DNA of 64,000 nucleotides from Geosiphon pyriformis uo1 (GCA_016748015.1 JAAOMT010000446.1:63752-127751), one strand, 5' to 3'; counted from the first letter of the stretch, positions 39,924-53,917 are shown. Notes: a model not told the origin generated them from the sequence alone. A program made the numbers and translations.

Positions 39924-42900
39924 GAACTTGATATATGTTGAAATGAATTTGTTTGTATGTTGGATTATGAAAAAAAAAAAAAAATTTTTTTTTAGCAGGA
40001 AAGTAAAAGAAAAATCTTTTTCAGGATTTTTTTCAAAGCTCAGCCATTATTTTTGTTCTAAATTAAATATTTTTATTCTGTCAAAATTTTCTCTTTCTTT
40101 TGTTTACTGATCCCGAAATAGTTATTGGACAGGGAGGTGTAGGATTGGGTAGCATGAAATTTGAAGTTAAAAATAAAAATAAAATTTTAGTTCCTAAATC
40201 AAAAATTAACCCAATTAAGGTTCCACATTATTTCATAGAGAACGATTTATTGATATCTCTTTTAAATTCCAGATAAGGTAAGTACACTTTCTTTTTTGGA
40301 TATTAAAAATTTTATTGATTTTGTTTTAAAATGTATATATATATATATATGTATATGTATATGTATATGTATATATGTATATGTTTATATTCTTGAAAAG
40401 ATATACTTATACTTGTTTACTATTATTTCGAAAGTTTAAAACATTTTGTTTTTCTTTCTATATATAACTTTTATAAGAAATTTTTAAAAGATAAAAATAA
40501 AAATAATCTACATTTAATAATAAATAATAAATAATAAATAATAAATAATAAATAATAAATAATAAATAATAATAATTAAAGATTATATATAATTTAATAC
40601 ACCTTAATATTATATAATATATGAAATAATAATAAAATTATAATATTTTTGATTGGATTAAAAATGTTTTAAATAAAAAATATATTTTTTTTTTTGTCGA
40701 TAGAAAAAATGTTCAATTTTCCAGATGGACTTTCGCATATAGAAGCAAAAAAATAAATAAAGGGTTATAAAAATAAAGTTTCCCCTCGATTAGTAAAACA
40801 ATGAGATTGTTCTTTTTTTTCAAAGATTTTCTTTGTGGGATCAAGTGATTGGTATGAAAAATTTCTTGGATTGCAAAAATTTTTCGAGACTAAACATCAA
40901 GTTTTTCCCAACAAAGGTTTTTGCCTATATATATTTCAGAAATATATTTTTTAATTAAGCGCGTAAATAAGTTTGCTGCTGCTGAAATTTTATCACGTGA
41001 AATTTGGGTTTCATTCAATATTCAATTTCGTTTTCTGATGAATGGGCAAGAAGTACGGCATCAGAGGATGATAAAACGATGATAATGACACAAATCATGA
41101 CTAAAAGAATTGATTTGATTGATGTCATAATAGAAAATGTTGGTTTTTTATATATATATATATTTTTTTTTTAAAAAAAAGTTATTGAAATAAATAATTT
41201 GTGTTAAATGTGTGAATGAGTTTTTTTTGAAAGATTGGGGACTTTCTTTTTATAAGAAAATTTCTAATCATCAAAAGTTTTTTTTTTTTTAAAAAAAAAA
41301 AAAAATTAATCATGAATGAATATTAATTTATTTTTTATTCTGATTGGTAACAGTATCCATTAAACTGGACAATAAATGTTTGATTTTAATACAGGATAAC
41401 CAAAATGTTTAATTTCTTGAAAGAGTACGAAACTATAAAAAATTTTTTTGATCTAAAAACTAATCAAAGTTCTTTCAAAAATCATCTCATAACTTTAAAA
41501 AGGAGCTATTTGTAGATTCAGGTTTACCGTTACAAATAAATTCTTTCCAAAATTCATTCATTGACTTTAAATTGCCGATAGAGGTTAAAAATTTTCATAA
41601 TTCCGGTAAATAACTTTTTTTTTAAACAATATTCTTTTTAAAAGCTTTAACAACTCGGTATGATACAGATGAAATAGTTTTCAGGTTTATGATCATCAGA
41701 TATCTTTTTTAAGCTTTTTAAAAAACTCATAGATTCAATGATGATGATGATGATGATGGTTACGAGAAAAAGTCCCAAAGGATTAATGATAACCCATTTT
41801 AAAAAGAAAATTTTTTTGAAATCTAAAATCGATCAGAAATTTATGATTGCCCCCCTCAAAAAAAAAATCTTCCAGGTAGAAAATAATAAAAGAGTTTATT
41901 TCAAGAGTTGTTCACGAGAAAAAAATTTTTCCCATTGAGGTTCAAAAATTGACTTTAATTGTAAAGTAATTTTCACTTTTCTGTTCACGAGAAAAGTTGG
42001 TTAGTTCATCATGTTCTCTCGATCTTTACGTGTATATGTATCACATGTCACTTCTTTTTTGATGATGAGTCAGCTTTCTTTAAGATAAAAATTTCGTGAT
42101 AAGGAAAACTTAGGACCAATATTTGGTTGATGACTAAAAATCATTTCTTTTTTTCAATTTGATTAGGTAAAATATTAGGACTCCATTTTTTTAAATTATT
42201 ATGTAAAATATGAGAAAAATGAAATCGGAAAAACAAAAGAAATAGCCAAAACTTTGATTGACTTCATTTTTTCAATTTTTAAAATGAAAAACTGAATTTT
42301 TATATTTTATTGATATAAGAAAAAGAAAACTAAGATGGTTCAGTTTTCATTGCAAAAAAATTATATTCCAATTCCAATTCCAATTCCAATTCTAATCAAT
42401 TATATGATTCGGCTTTTTTTTTAAAAAAATCCCAAAAAAGCAGTTAAGAAAAAAGAAAACCAGACACCAATAAACCATTTCGAATAATTAATAAGGGTAA
42501 ATACATTTGATCTAATGATCAGTTTTTTGAGTTTATGGAACAGATAATCTTTTTCTTCTTATTCAGCTTTATATAAATATTTTGAACTGATAAGAAACTT
42601 TCGAGGTACTATGATTTTAAAAGGTAGAGAATCTAATTAATTTCGTAATTTTGATCCCAATACAGATACTAAGTATAACGATGATGATAATGATAATGAT
42701 GATGATGATGATGATGATCCGTAAAAAAGCTGATGGTCAAAAAAGAAAAGAATTAGAGATCTTGAATATTCTATTGAAAAAAAAGAAAAGAAAAGAAAAG
42801 AAAAGAAAAAAATTTATGAGGTAATTTTAAATGATTACGTAAAGAGAAAAGCCCAGAATTTGACTTTTTTTAATCAGATGATAAATTTTTTATCGAAAAG

Positions 42901-43431
42901 CTCCTTTAGAGGAGATTTTAATAATAAACAAATATGTAAAAACAAAAATTCTTTTTAGATTACTAAATAGGCTTGTTTAACATTTAGAATCTAGTCAAAA
43001 GATATTGTATTTGTAAATGTGTAATGCAATGTAATTTTTATTTTTATTTTTGGAATCGTAATCATAATATCTAAACTATGAATATCTGATTGGTATAAAA
43101 TCCTAAAGTAAGAAGTTCGAAAAGAAGATTATGTCAGGGTATTTTTTTAATATATATATATATATATATATATTAGCTCTCATAAAAGTGAACAATCAAT
43201 GGGTTTTTTTTTGATAATATATATATATATGTATATTTTGAAAGAAAAGTAATCATAACATAAAATTACGAACCGTTTTATTTCAACTGTTTTTTTTACA
43301 TAGAGATTTCAATCTATCACAACATTCGATAAATTTTCTTTATATAAATATAGTAGGTAGAGATAGAGATATAATTTTTGAAATAGACTAACATTGGGGA
43401 AAAAGATCTAGTTCAAATAATTGGCTGAATA

Positions 43432-43496
<65 letters not shown>

Positions 43497-43617
43497 ATAG
43501 AATAGCATTGTAAATACCCTTAGCCAATGGTACAATTTTTTATCAATGGTTTCATCGACCTTTTTGCATTTTTTGTTGAATCACTGCGTTTTTTCACGGC
43601 ACTACAGACTTAATTCC

Positions 43618-43656
<39 letters not shown>

Positions 43657-44383
43657 GTATTTATAGCGTTTCTTGAGAGAGAGAGAGATGTGAGATAAAA
43701 ATTAAAAATTAGGGGAACATCACTCTTCCCAGAATTGGAAAACAAAATCCCTCATCATGCGAGCTGTGCATAAAATCATTAAAATGTATGACGAAAACTA
43801 TAAATTTTTTTTTTGAATGTAAAAAAAAAGGATAAAAAAAGATGAATTTCAAATACATGTATATTGCGTCATTGTTTTATGCATGTATAATAAAAAAAAT
43901 AGATACTACATGATTTTTTGGTCAAACTAAACTAGCTAAAATTGACACACACATACATACCTAAACGTCATCATTGATGAAATCATCAATCATGTAATAA
44001 TTGAATTTACATAATTTTTAAAAGAAACAAAATTTTTAGCTATTAAGATTACATCATTATCTTCAATATATATAAACAAAGAAGACTAACAAAAGTATTT
44101 CATGAATTTCCTTCTTCAACTTGCGAACAAATCATCATCTAATGAGAAATATGCAAATGTGGCAGGATTTTACCTGTATGAAAATGAAGTATCGGTGTAA
44201 AGAACCACAAAAAATACGAGCAAAAATACTGAGCCGCTAACTGCATTTTTTACTCGATTTGAAAATGAACCTTAGGCACAAATAAAAACAGCAATAATGT
44301 GATACATCTGAACAATGAATGTGACAAAAAAATTGCACACAAATATAAACAGACTGAATGTCAAATTTGTTCGATAAAAAGTC

Positions 44384-45046
44384 ATGGATCTGAAAGTATG
44401 GAAATTTACAATTTTAGATCAAAATTACAGCTTATCTAATGAACCAAAAAAAAATCTTTTAGATATGAATTTATACGAATCGGTCCCAGGTCGTCTCTCC
44501 AAAAAGCATAGATCCTTTGCTGCTCGACAACTTGAAGAAACTGTAAACAAAAGAAAAAAAGATTTCCCTATGTTTACTCGAAATGATTTCAAGTTGCGAA
44601 AAACTGAAGTACAAACCCTTCCTACCGTTGGAATTTCTGATGCTGTATTTCAGATAAAACAGGCTGCCATGAATTTGAATTCAGAATCACAAATCGGAAA
44701 ACTAATAATTGGAAAGGAAAATAAAAACGATAAAATTACAGTTAAAACGAGTTTAATTGCGGTCTCAGCTTTATCATCACCATCACCATCACAACCCAAC
44801 CTTCAAAAGAAGAAAACCCAAATGCATCAAGTTACCTTTGAAGATTTTATGCGAAAAGTTTACCCTCACGCTCAAAAAGACCCACCCAAACCAGTTCCAA
44901 TAACTCCCTTTGATGTTTCTTCAACAGTAAAACCTTTTGTCTTCCCAGAAAATGAGTCATTTATTCAGGTTAAATTAGGCAAACCAATCAATTTTACTAA
45001 CAATCGCGAGGAAATTGATTTAAAGGGAAAGAGAAAAGCTCGTTAA
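44384..45046 (+). CDS. Hypothetical basic protein, 220 aa, no recognised domain
   Basis: Uninterrupted 663-bp ATG-initiated ORF with coding-like composition in an AT-rich background. Confidence 0.55.
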   Translation: MDLKVWKFTILDQNYSLSNEPKKNLLDMNLYESVPGRLSKKHRSFAARQLEETVNKRKKDFPMFTRNDFKLRKTEVQTLPTVGISDAVFQIKQAAMNLNSESQIGKLIIGKENKNDKITVKTSLIAVSALSSPSPSQPNLQKKKTQMHQVTFEDFMRKVYPHAQKDPPKPVPITPFDVSSTVKPFVFPENESFIQVKLGKPINFTNNREEIDLKGKRKAR

Positions 45047-45221
45047 TTATTCGTATTCTCGATCACTTGTTGCCCATTAAATTCGGGTTAATTGTGAACG
45101 TATGAGTCCTTTTAGAGAAATAACAAAATTAATAAAGTAATTAGATTATTGAAAGGTCTATAAGATTATTTTTTTCTAAAAATTCTCACCAATATTGTAA
45201 ATGTGTTGCCATGTTTAAAAC

Positions 45222-45396
45222 AGATCCTTTAATGTTTTGAATGTTTCCACACCAACTGCAAGTCTTGGATGTTTAAGCTTCATTTTTGATAATAATAAAA
45301 TGAACTCCTAATTCCTCTGCTTTGGCTATTAAAAGTTATCGAAATCAATAATGTGCCCAGTCCAAGCATGTTTTGAAATGTTTTTTTGTTAATATT
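45222..45396 (-). pseudogene. Fanzor2/TnpB C-terminal fragment
   Basis: NINKKTFQNML/DWAHY*FR*LLIAKAEELGVHFIIIKNEA*TSKTCSWCGNIQNIKGS matches the Fanzor2 ML.W.HYRFR..L..KA...NEAYTSKTC..CG pattern. Confidence 0.88.
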
Positions 45397-45494
45397 GAAG
45401 AAAATTGTAATTTATTAAATAATAATAATAATAATAATAATATAATATGTTTTTAAATAAATATACATTAATTTATAAAAATAATATTTTAAAA

Positions 45495-45545
<51 letters not shown>

Positions 45546-45609
45546 TGATGATAGTAATAAATGATTTTTAAATCAATTAAATAATTTTAATTTTATTATT
45601 TTATTATTT

Positions 45610-47180
45610 TAACAAAGTGTAACCCAATTACTAATTAAAACATAAAATTTAGAGATCTTATAAATAGTTACGACTTATGCACTTTCTACATGTGATTAAC
45701 CATCTAAGTCAAACTAAATTAAGTCTACTAAAGTAAACTTATTTAATACAGCTATCTTATACATAATTACAACCAAATTATTATTACTATTAAGAACCAA
45801 ATTAGCTAATTATGCTTAATATTAGGTATTTAAAGCATTTAAAAAATCATTATTCTAACAAAGATTTTCTTATTAACAAAAAAATCTAAATTATTATTAA
45901 ACATATTATTATTATTAGATATATTATTTATATCAAATTTTATCTTAAAATTAATAATAATTTTTTTTACTTAAAATTTTCACCAACTTTTACCAAAAAT
46001 CTTCATATTTTTTTTAATTACAAGAATTTTTTCTTTGATTTTATTACCAATTTTATAATTAAAATAATTAAAAAATCAATAAATTTTAAAAATTTTAAAA
46101 CCAATTATAAATTTAAATTTTGTTAAAGTTTTGAAAAATAATTTATAATTTAAATCCAAATAATCTAAATCTTGATATTAAAAACTAAAAATTTTTTTAT
46201 TAAATATGATTTTTTCTTAAAATACCAGTTTTAATAATAATTATGTTATAATTATTGATTTGGTTATTGACTTAATTATTAAATAAATCATTAATGTAAT
46301 CACTAACTTGATTATTAATTTCTTTTTAATAATATATAATTATATACAATTTTAAAAAAAAAACATTATAAAATACAATAATAACAAAACCAAAATCAAA
46401 TATAAAAACTAAAATTTTTTTTGCAATTTTAAAAATAAAAATAAAATGTTATTTAATAGTATTCAAAAAGTTTAAAACACAAACTTTATTTAAAAAAATT
46501 TAATATTGTTTTTAATAATTATTTTAAATCATCAAAATTAGCTTTAACATATATTTATGTTACTATTATTATTTATAGTCAGATTTGAATTAAACATTAT
46601 AATTGGTGTAAATATAACAGTTTTAATATAAATATTAAAAAAAGTACTTTAAGAGAAAAAGCTTTTTTAAATAATAAGAAAAAAAAAGTTATTTTTTTGC
46701 TCTTTTGGCTTTTTTGGTTATTTAAACAAATATAAAGAATATAATTGAAAAAAAAAATAACTTTGCTATAAGTTTGCTATTAAAAGTCTTAAAACTTTTT
46801 AATTTTGTTTTATTTAAAGAAAGCATTCCAAATGTGATTGTTTAGTTGTTTTTATTTTAGAAAAAACTTTTAGAGTATTAGAATAAGTAGAAACAATATT
46901 AAAAATAAGAATTGTTACTATTTTACTCTTTGTTTTGAATGTAATTATAAAATAAAAAAGAGAAAGAATGTGAAATTTTATAAATACTTTTTTTTTCTTT
47001 TTTCATAATTGTTTCAACTAATTATAAAAAAAAACTTTTTATTTGTAAATTCAAAAATATTTATCAATTAACTAAATATTTTACTAATAAATAAAATTAC
47101 TATTTACATATATACAATATTTACACGTTTTAAAATAAATGCAGCTCAAGTACTCTTTACACGTGATCAGCCACCCAACA
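45610..47180 (-). mobile_element. Decayed ORF1-only retroposon with 3' tail, plus further repeat debris
   Basis: The tail at 45612-45715 (CACTTTCTACATGTGATTAACC) abuts the ORF1 end. KTG.LRK..QDL-type relic at ~46160-46240. Another tail-like motif at ~47135-47180. Confidence 0.6.
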
Positions 47181-47626
47181 TTATTTCTTGAAATATTTTA
47201 AAAACATGAAAAAACTATTAATAAAGTTAATAAATTTTTTAATTAATCAATATTGTGCTTTTAATTAATATTATATACAATTAATAATTTGACTCATTTT
47301 TATAAAACTTGTTTTTAATATTATTTCAAAAATCAAAAGCTGTAAATTACAATAATCTTTGCATATTAAGAATAACTTATCACTTATTGCACAATTTTAT
47401 TTTACAAACCTCGGTTACTTTGATATTTCCAAAGTTGAAAAATTTATTGAAAAGATTATTGAATTTTGATGCTCCGAAATCATAAAACTAACGCTTCCGT
47501 AGATATTTTGTAAATGCAAGAATTTTTTCTATTTAAAAAATCCAGAATTCCAATTACCATTACTCGTACTCCCCAAATAGGCTCTACGACTGAAATAGCT
47601 GAAACTTCTATATGGCGTGTATTCTT

Positions 47627-49640
47627 TTAAAAATCCTCACTCGACTGGATTCCATGGTGTTCTTTATTGTGCAATATCATGAATCTTGTCTCTAATAAGA
47701 TTTCTTCAATGCTTGCCATCTGAGAATAATCCATCGGCGGATATTTTACAAATTTTGATTTTCCAAAAGTTGTAGCGGTCGGTTGATTTATAATTCCAAA
47801 TTTTAAATTCTTTGCTGCCGTGGCTAATAATTTGTGTTTCAATTTCGGATGTTGAGTAAATTTATTGTAAATCGCTTTGCGCATCAAGTTATAAGTACTT
47901 GTATTGGAAGAATAAGATTTATCAGTGGGAGAGATGGAGAGTGAGGCCAAGCAATCCAAATCTGCATGCTTTGATTCGGCATTTTTTTCAGCTATTGCAA
48001 AAACGTAATTGGCATTTGGTGCCTTTCTAATTTCGTTACGGATTTCTTCATCATCAAAATTATGTGCTTGCACTAGATATCATCATATCGAAAAATAGTA
48101 TTTTAAGATGGAAATGGAAAAGTTGTCATGTAAATGAACAAAGTATCATGATAAATACCATAATGCTCCACGCTAAACCATATTTTCTGGTCAATCATCA
48201 TTGCTGCAAAATAACAATTACAAAACTGGTGGTATTGATGGTCACCTTCGGCTTGGTTACATAACTCAATGAGAAGGTCTCGATCAATGCTGTGATGATC
48301 AGATGCCACCTGTAATCAATGAACTCTGTTTAACATGTTTTTATGAATACTCGAATAAGATGAATAAATAAATCTCAGCTTTGAGAAGAATATCCAAACC
48401 TCTGTGAGGTAGGAGATCAATTCATAAAAGATCTCATCCTGAGATGGCTCTAAAGATTTCGAAAAAATAACACCGTTCGCATTTGCCCAATTACATCGAG
48501 AAATAATGTCTTTCTTGGCCAATTCATAAACGCCAAATCGAGCAATAAAAATTTCGATTGTATCCTTGTCACCCAAAACTCGCATCCGGCCCAAGAAGGA
48601 GATTAGAACTGATGTTGAGTAAGTCTCATCTTGGGTGACAACCACACAAAATTTCATTTTTCGAGCCCATGAGCTTACAGCACATGTAAAAACAAATTCT
48701 GTTACTTTATCAAGTTGGTTTTCTTGGTGATCAGGACAATTGTGAAAGAGAGCTTCCATTTTCATTTCTTTCAATCTGTTTACAAGTTCGTCCCTAATGT
48801 TGATGAAAATCGGGTTTTTGAAGGAAAGAAAAAGGACAGTTGTAGGATGATATGTGAGACTATCAGAAGCCTGAGGAGCACTGACAACTCGAGAGGGCAC
48901 ATAATCAGGTTTTCCAAAAAACATCGATCCGCTTTTGGGTTTCGAATCTAAAACTTCAAGCTTCTTTTCATGATTTGATTTTTGGAACTCCTTGACCTTT
49001 TTAAGCGCACGTAAGAGTGTGGTTCTTTGCAATTGACTCAATTTTCGATCACCACGTTTATATCTGAATTCTGCATGTTTAGATTCACCTATGAAAATAA
49101 TACACACCAGATTGTTTTGATGTGAGCAAGGAAGGTTTAAATTCGGATACAGATTTAAAATCGGCAGATAGATTTCTTACTTCCAATAACGAAACCACCT
49201 AATTTCTGAAAACTCTGGTCGGGATTTAATCCGGAAATATCAATATTACGTTTTATAATTTCGGCTGCAATCGCTTCAATCGTATCATCAACAAATATCT
49301 GTTTTGCATTTTGAGCTGTGGCCAGGTTGGGATCCTCACCCAACTCAGAATTTCCATTTTGGTCGTTTGTTAAAATAATTTCTTCACTTTTTTCACTCAA
49401 GATTCCATTGGTAAGTTTTAATTCAAGCCATTGACCTATGGAGAAATCCGCTTGCTCTTTGTTGGACTCTGAGTATGGTTGAGAAATACTTGAGGCATGA
49501 GATTGAAATTCCTCACTATTTGGGATATGTTCGCTTTTTGAAATTTGAAGAGGGTCTGAAATAACTTCTTCAAGAGTTGGATCACTTAAAGTCAAGTTGA
49601 AAGAAAAATTAGAAGATTCAAATAGTTTCGAGTCATCCAT
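47627..49640 (-). CDS. Protein with C-terminal NADAR (YbiA-like) domain and central RpiB-like region; exons 49640-49181, 49088-48400, 48309-48159, 48072-47627
   Basis: Spliced YHQFCNCY..IDQKIWFSVEHY|VQAHNF..IRKAP..MRKAIYNKFTQHPKLKHKLLAT matches the NADAR signature. Three GT-AG introns are in frame. Confidence 0.8.
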
Positions 49641-50623
49641 ATTTATTTTATGGGTAAAATTTTGAAATAATTGTTGGCAGCTAAGAATTCTGTTGCGTAA
49701 CAGTTATTTGTTTTATTATGAGTAAATTAATGTCCAAATTATGAAACCATTTTGTTTATGACGTTAATTCCATGATCTTCATGAGATCCCTTAAGAGAAA
49801 AAGGGAAAAATAGGTTACTCCAAAAACAGGATTAAAATCAAGAATGAATGGTAAACAATGATAAAATTTGGGAAATTTTGAAAGATGACTTTATTTTTTC
49901 ACTAAGCTAGTTGAGATAATAAAATGTTCAAATCTATATTTTCCAATTTCTAACTAATACAAATAATTTAATTTGAGTTGTATTAACAGGATCCTTTGCA
50001 TGAATCATAAATCTCAAATTAAAAGTAGAAAAAAGTGATCAAGAAATATTGAAAAATATTGTATTACCATATAATTTTTAGACCTTTTCTGTAAGGCTCC
50101 TACATCTAACGTAATACAGAAGATTGATGCTGTGAAAGTTCCCTCACCTAGTTTTAATAATGCTTGAACCTGATCAAAAAATCATAACTATTTCTGGTAA
50201 ACTCAGCTCAGCCGTAAAAGGTATCACAACTGGTGGAAACTATTCTCCATTTAGAGAATAGGGCATTTATCACAATAATTTTACTGCTTTTTTATTTTCA
50301 ATTGTCGCAACAAAAGTTTAATTGTCATTGAAACCAAATTGTTTCTAATTTAAAACTCCCGCTTTGAATTAAATGTCACATTTTTATTTTTATTCTTAGA
50401 TAATCTAAAATTATTAATTTGATGTAAAATTGTTTTTCATATGATAAAATGATTGAATTGAAATTTAACGAGCTTTTTTATTTCTTGCAGGTATATATAT
50501 ATATATGAAGGATAACTTTTTATTAGAATTTCCAAGAATATTTTGATATTAAAAAGAACTTTTGAGTGGGCCTCCAAAAAAGAACTGGACAATTTAAACT
50601 AAAGGTGTCGCAAGACTCAATTT

Positions 50624-53600
50624 ATGCGGAATTTCCCCACTTATTCTTTCTCGACTTCCTTAAAACTTTTCTTTAATCGACTTCCACGGTTAGAGCGTAT
50701 CTTGATGTATACTTTTATAATCTTTCTTATTCTAGTGAGTACTGTTGGTGGAGTATATGCACAAGAAAATCTATTTAGACCTTACAAATCTCAAATCTTT
50801 AAAAGTAAACCTCATTCATTTCTCAAAAGACAAAATAATCAAAAGGTTAATGTCTATATATCCTTGACTTGATTTTTAATAGTTATTTTACCTTTGTCTT
50901 AATTATACTTTTGCTTTTAATACATTAGGAAATTTGCTCTACACCTGTTTGTAAAAATATAGCCTCAACCATAATTGAAGACACCGATTTTACCAAGAAT
51001 CCTTGCGAGGACTTTTATGAGTATAGCTGTAGGTATCTTGAAAATTTAAAAGTTATTCAAACTTGATAATTATTAACAATTAATTCGCACCTTATCATTA
51101 GGTGGTGGGTGGCTCTCTCGAACTACAATTCCGGCTGATAAAAGTTATTATGGTCGTTTTGATATAATTGAGAATGAAAGTCAGGTGAAGTCTTGGAGAC
51201 GATAAAACATTTTAATTTTCTTTAGTAACACTAATATTTTGTTTCATTTAGAAAATACTTAAATCCATTTTAGAAAATAAAACTACTCACTCGACCGACC
51301 CTCAAGATAAATTAAATTTTCTCAAACTTCATTCATTTTACCAATCATGCACAAATGAGGCTCGTATAAAAGAATTAGGAGTCAAACCTTTATCTCCTAT
51401 TCTTTTTCAAATTTTTCTTCGATTCCCTGCACGACAACAAATCCCTCCTGCCGCTCAGGTTAATTCAAAATTTGACCACATAGATAAAGAAAAATTGACC
51501 AACACCCTTGACTATCTTCTTCGTATCGACGTCAATAGTCTTTTTCAATTTCAAGTGGAATCTGATTTCAAAGAACCGGAAAAATATGCTCTATTCTTAT
51601 CACAGCCAGACTTTGGGCTGCCCTCAAAAGAATATTACGGAGATATCGAAGTTTTAAAGGCTTATCAAGGTGTGATCAAGGAATTATTAGAAAAAAGTTT
51701 GACTGGTGGGAATATAATGCAGGAACAATGGGGTCACGTAGATTTTGACAAAATTTCACAAGACATAATCGAGTTTGAAAAGAAATTGGTTGATGTTTCC
51801 CTTTCAAGGTCTGTATTTTGCCAAGTTGATTTTTTATTGATTTTGACGAAAATTAAACAACTTTCAAATCTGGCTGGTTTCATTAGTCAACAATTAAATG
51901 ACATCGAGACAATTTACAATACATATACAATATCCTATTTGGAAAATTTGAGTCCAGCTTTCAATTGGACAAAACTTATCGGGAAGTTATTACCAATCGG
52001 CACCGATATACCTTCAAAAATTATTCTCACATCAAACGAGTTTTTTGGCCAGTTATCTATAATTATTCAGAAAACTCCTACTTCTATTTTGCAATCCTAT
52101 CTTTTATGGAAAACTATTTTAAAATATGCCGAATATTTGAGTGAAGATTTTAGAATCTCATTGAGGAAACTAACTGCCCCTTTAAACGGTGTTAGTCCCG
52201 ATGCAATTCCGGATCGTTGGAAGGATTGTTTAGATACTATCGACCCCTTTTTGGGATTTATGACAGGAAGATTTTATGTATTGGAAAGATTTGGAGGCAA
52301 GTCCTAATATTAAATATTTTATTTCGTAAGCGTCTCAATTGAATCTCAACTCACACGTATAGATTAGGTGATAGCAAGAATGTTTCGGAACAGTTAACAC
52401 TCTCAATCAGACAGGCATTCATTAAAAGATTAACATCCCTTGACTGGCTAGACGACGAAACAAAACAGAAAGCAATTAAAAAGGTATTAAAAAAGTTTTT
52501 TATTTAACTCTCTCAAATATTAAAGTTTTTAATTACTCATATATTTTATTCTTTAGGCTAACGCAATATTCCAAAAAATTGGTTACCCTACAACCTCACC
52601 AAACACTATGAATTCTAAAAGTCTTGCCGATTATTACGATAAATTATCAATTGATGCTGATGAATTCTTTCAAAATGTTGTACGTGGGTATCAATGGATT
52701 GCCAATAGGGATTGGGGCCGAGTCGGAAAACCCGTAGATCGAGGTGATTGGGAATTGACTCCCCAAACTGCTAATGCATATTATGTAAGTATTGATTCTA
52801 TGATTCAATTAATATCTAATCAAACTAAATGATAATTTAAATCTACATTTTTATCATATAGAAACAACAAGCAAATGAGATTGTTATTCCAGCAGGTTTG
52901 TATTAATAATATTATTTTCTGTAGTCATATTACTCTATGGGGGCTAATATTTCTATTTTACTTTAGGAATACTACAGTCACCATTTTTTGATGCGACCCA
53001 ACCCGAATATATCAATGCTGCTAGTATTGGAGTCATTATAGGGCATGAATTGACGGTAAATGAAACTCATTTGATCACTTTTGTATTTTTTTGTTGTTCT
53101 CTCATTTCAAAAAACTTATTCATCGATAATAAATAGCATGGATTTGATTCTAATGGTCGCCGATTCGATGAAACTGGTCGATTGAATGAGGTAATTTTAA
53201 TTATTCGTATCCTGTTAAAACTTGAGACGTCCCCACTTTGAATTCAATTTAAACGTTCAAATTTTCTGACTTTGTTTTAAAAGTGGTGGTCCAACACAAC
53301 TCTTACTATGTTCAAGGAAAAATCCAAATGTTTCCTTAATCAATACAATGACTTTACAATTCAGAATACTAAAGGCCAACCACTACATGTCAACGGAGAA
53401 TTAACGCTAGGCGAGAATTTGGCTGATAATGGAGGGTAATTTTGTTTTTGATTTTCAAGACTTAAATTCAGCTTTAATTATCTTAAGGCAAAAGAATCAC
53501 CAAATATCTTTTTCTACATCCCATTTGTTACGAAAGAATGAGAACTGCATATGATGCGTGGTTATCAGATTATAAGTCGGATTCAAACCAGCGATCACGC

Positions 53601-53917
53601 AAAAACTATTTACTTCCAGGACTTGAACAATATACGCCGGAACAAATTTTTTATATTTCCTTTGCAAATATTTGGTGCTCAAAGATACGGCCTGAGGATG
53701 CTGTGCGAATGGTATTTTGTTTTTCTTAAAAAGATAATCTCAATTTATTGTCGCATACTAAAGTATCCTCTGAAATTCATAGAGTCGTGTTGATAGTCAC
53801 TCTCCAGATAAATGGCGTGTAATTGGTCCGTTGAGAAACTCTCCAGAATTCGCTAAAGCGTTTAAATGTGAATCAGGAACTCCTATGAATCCTGTAGAGA
53901 AGTGTCAATTGTGGTGA
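50624..53917 (+). CDS. M13 family (neprilysin/ECE-like) zinc metallopeptidase, ~13 exons
   Basis: NPCEDFYEYSC|GGW, ANAYY, IPAG|ILQSPFF, IGHELT|HGFD (HExxH split by an intron), GENLADNGG, DSHSP and a C-terminal CQLW. Confidence 0.95.

Noticed and set aside
38265-40110. Poly-Tyr, poly-Ile and HT-repeat ORFs
   Set aside because: Microsatellite artefacts.
30215-45396. Idea that both Fanzor pieces are one element split by a 14-kb insertion
   Set aside because: The order on the minus strand is C-terminal before N-terminal, and host genes lie between them.
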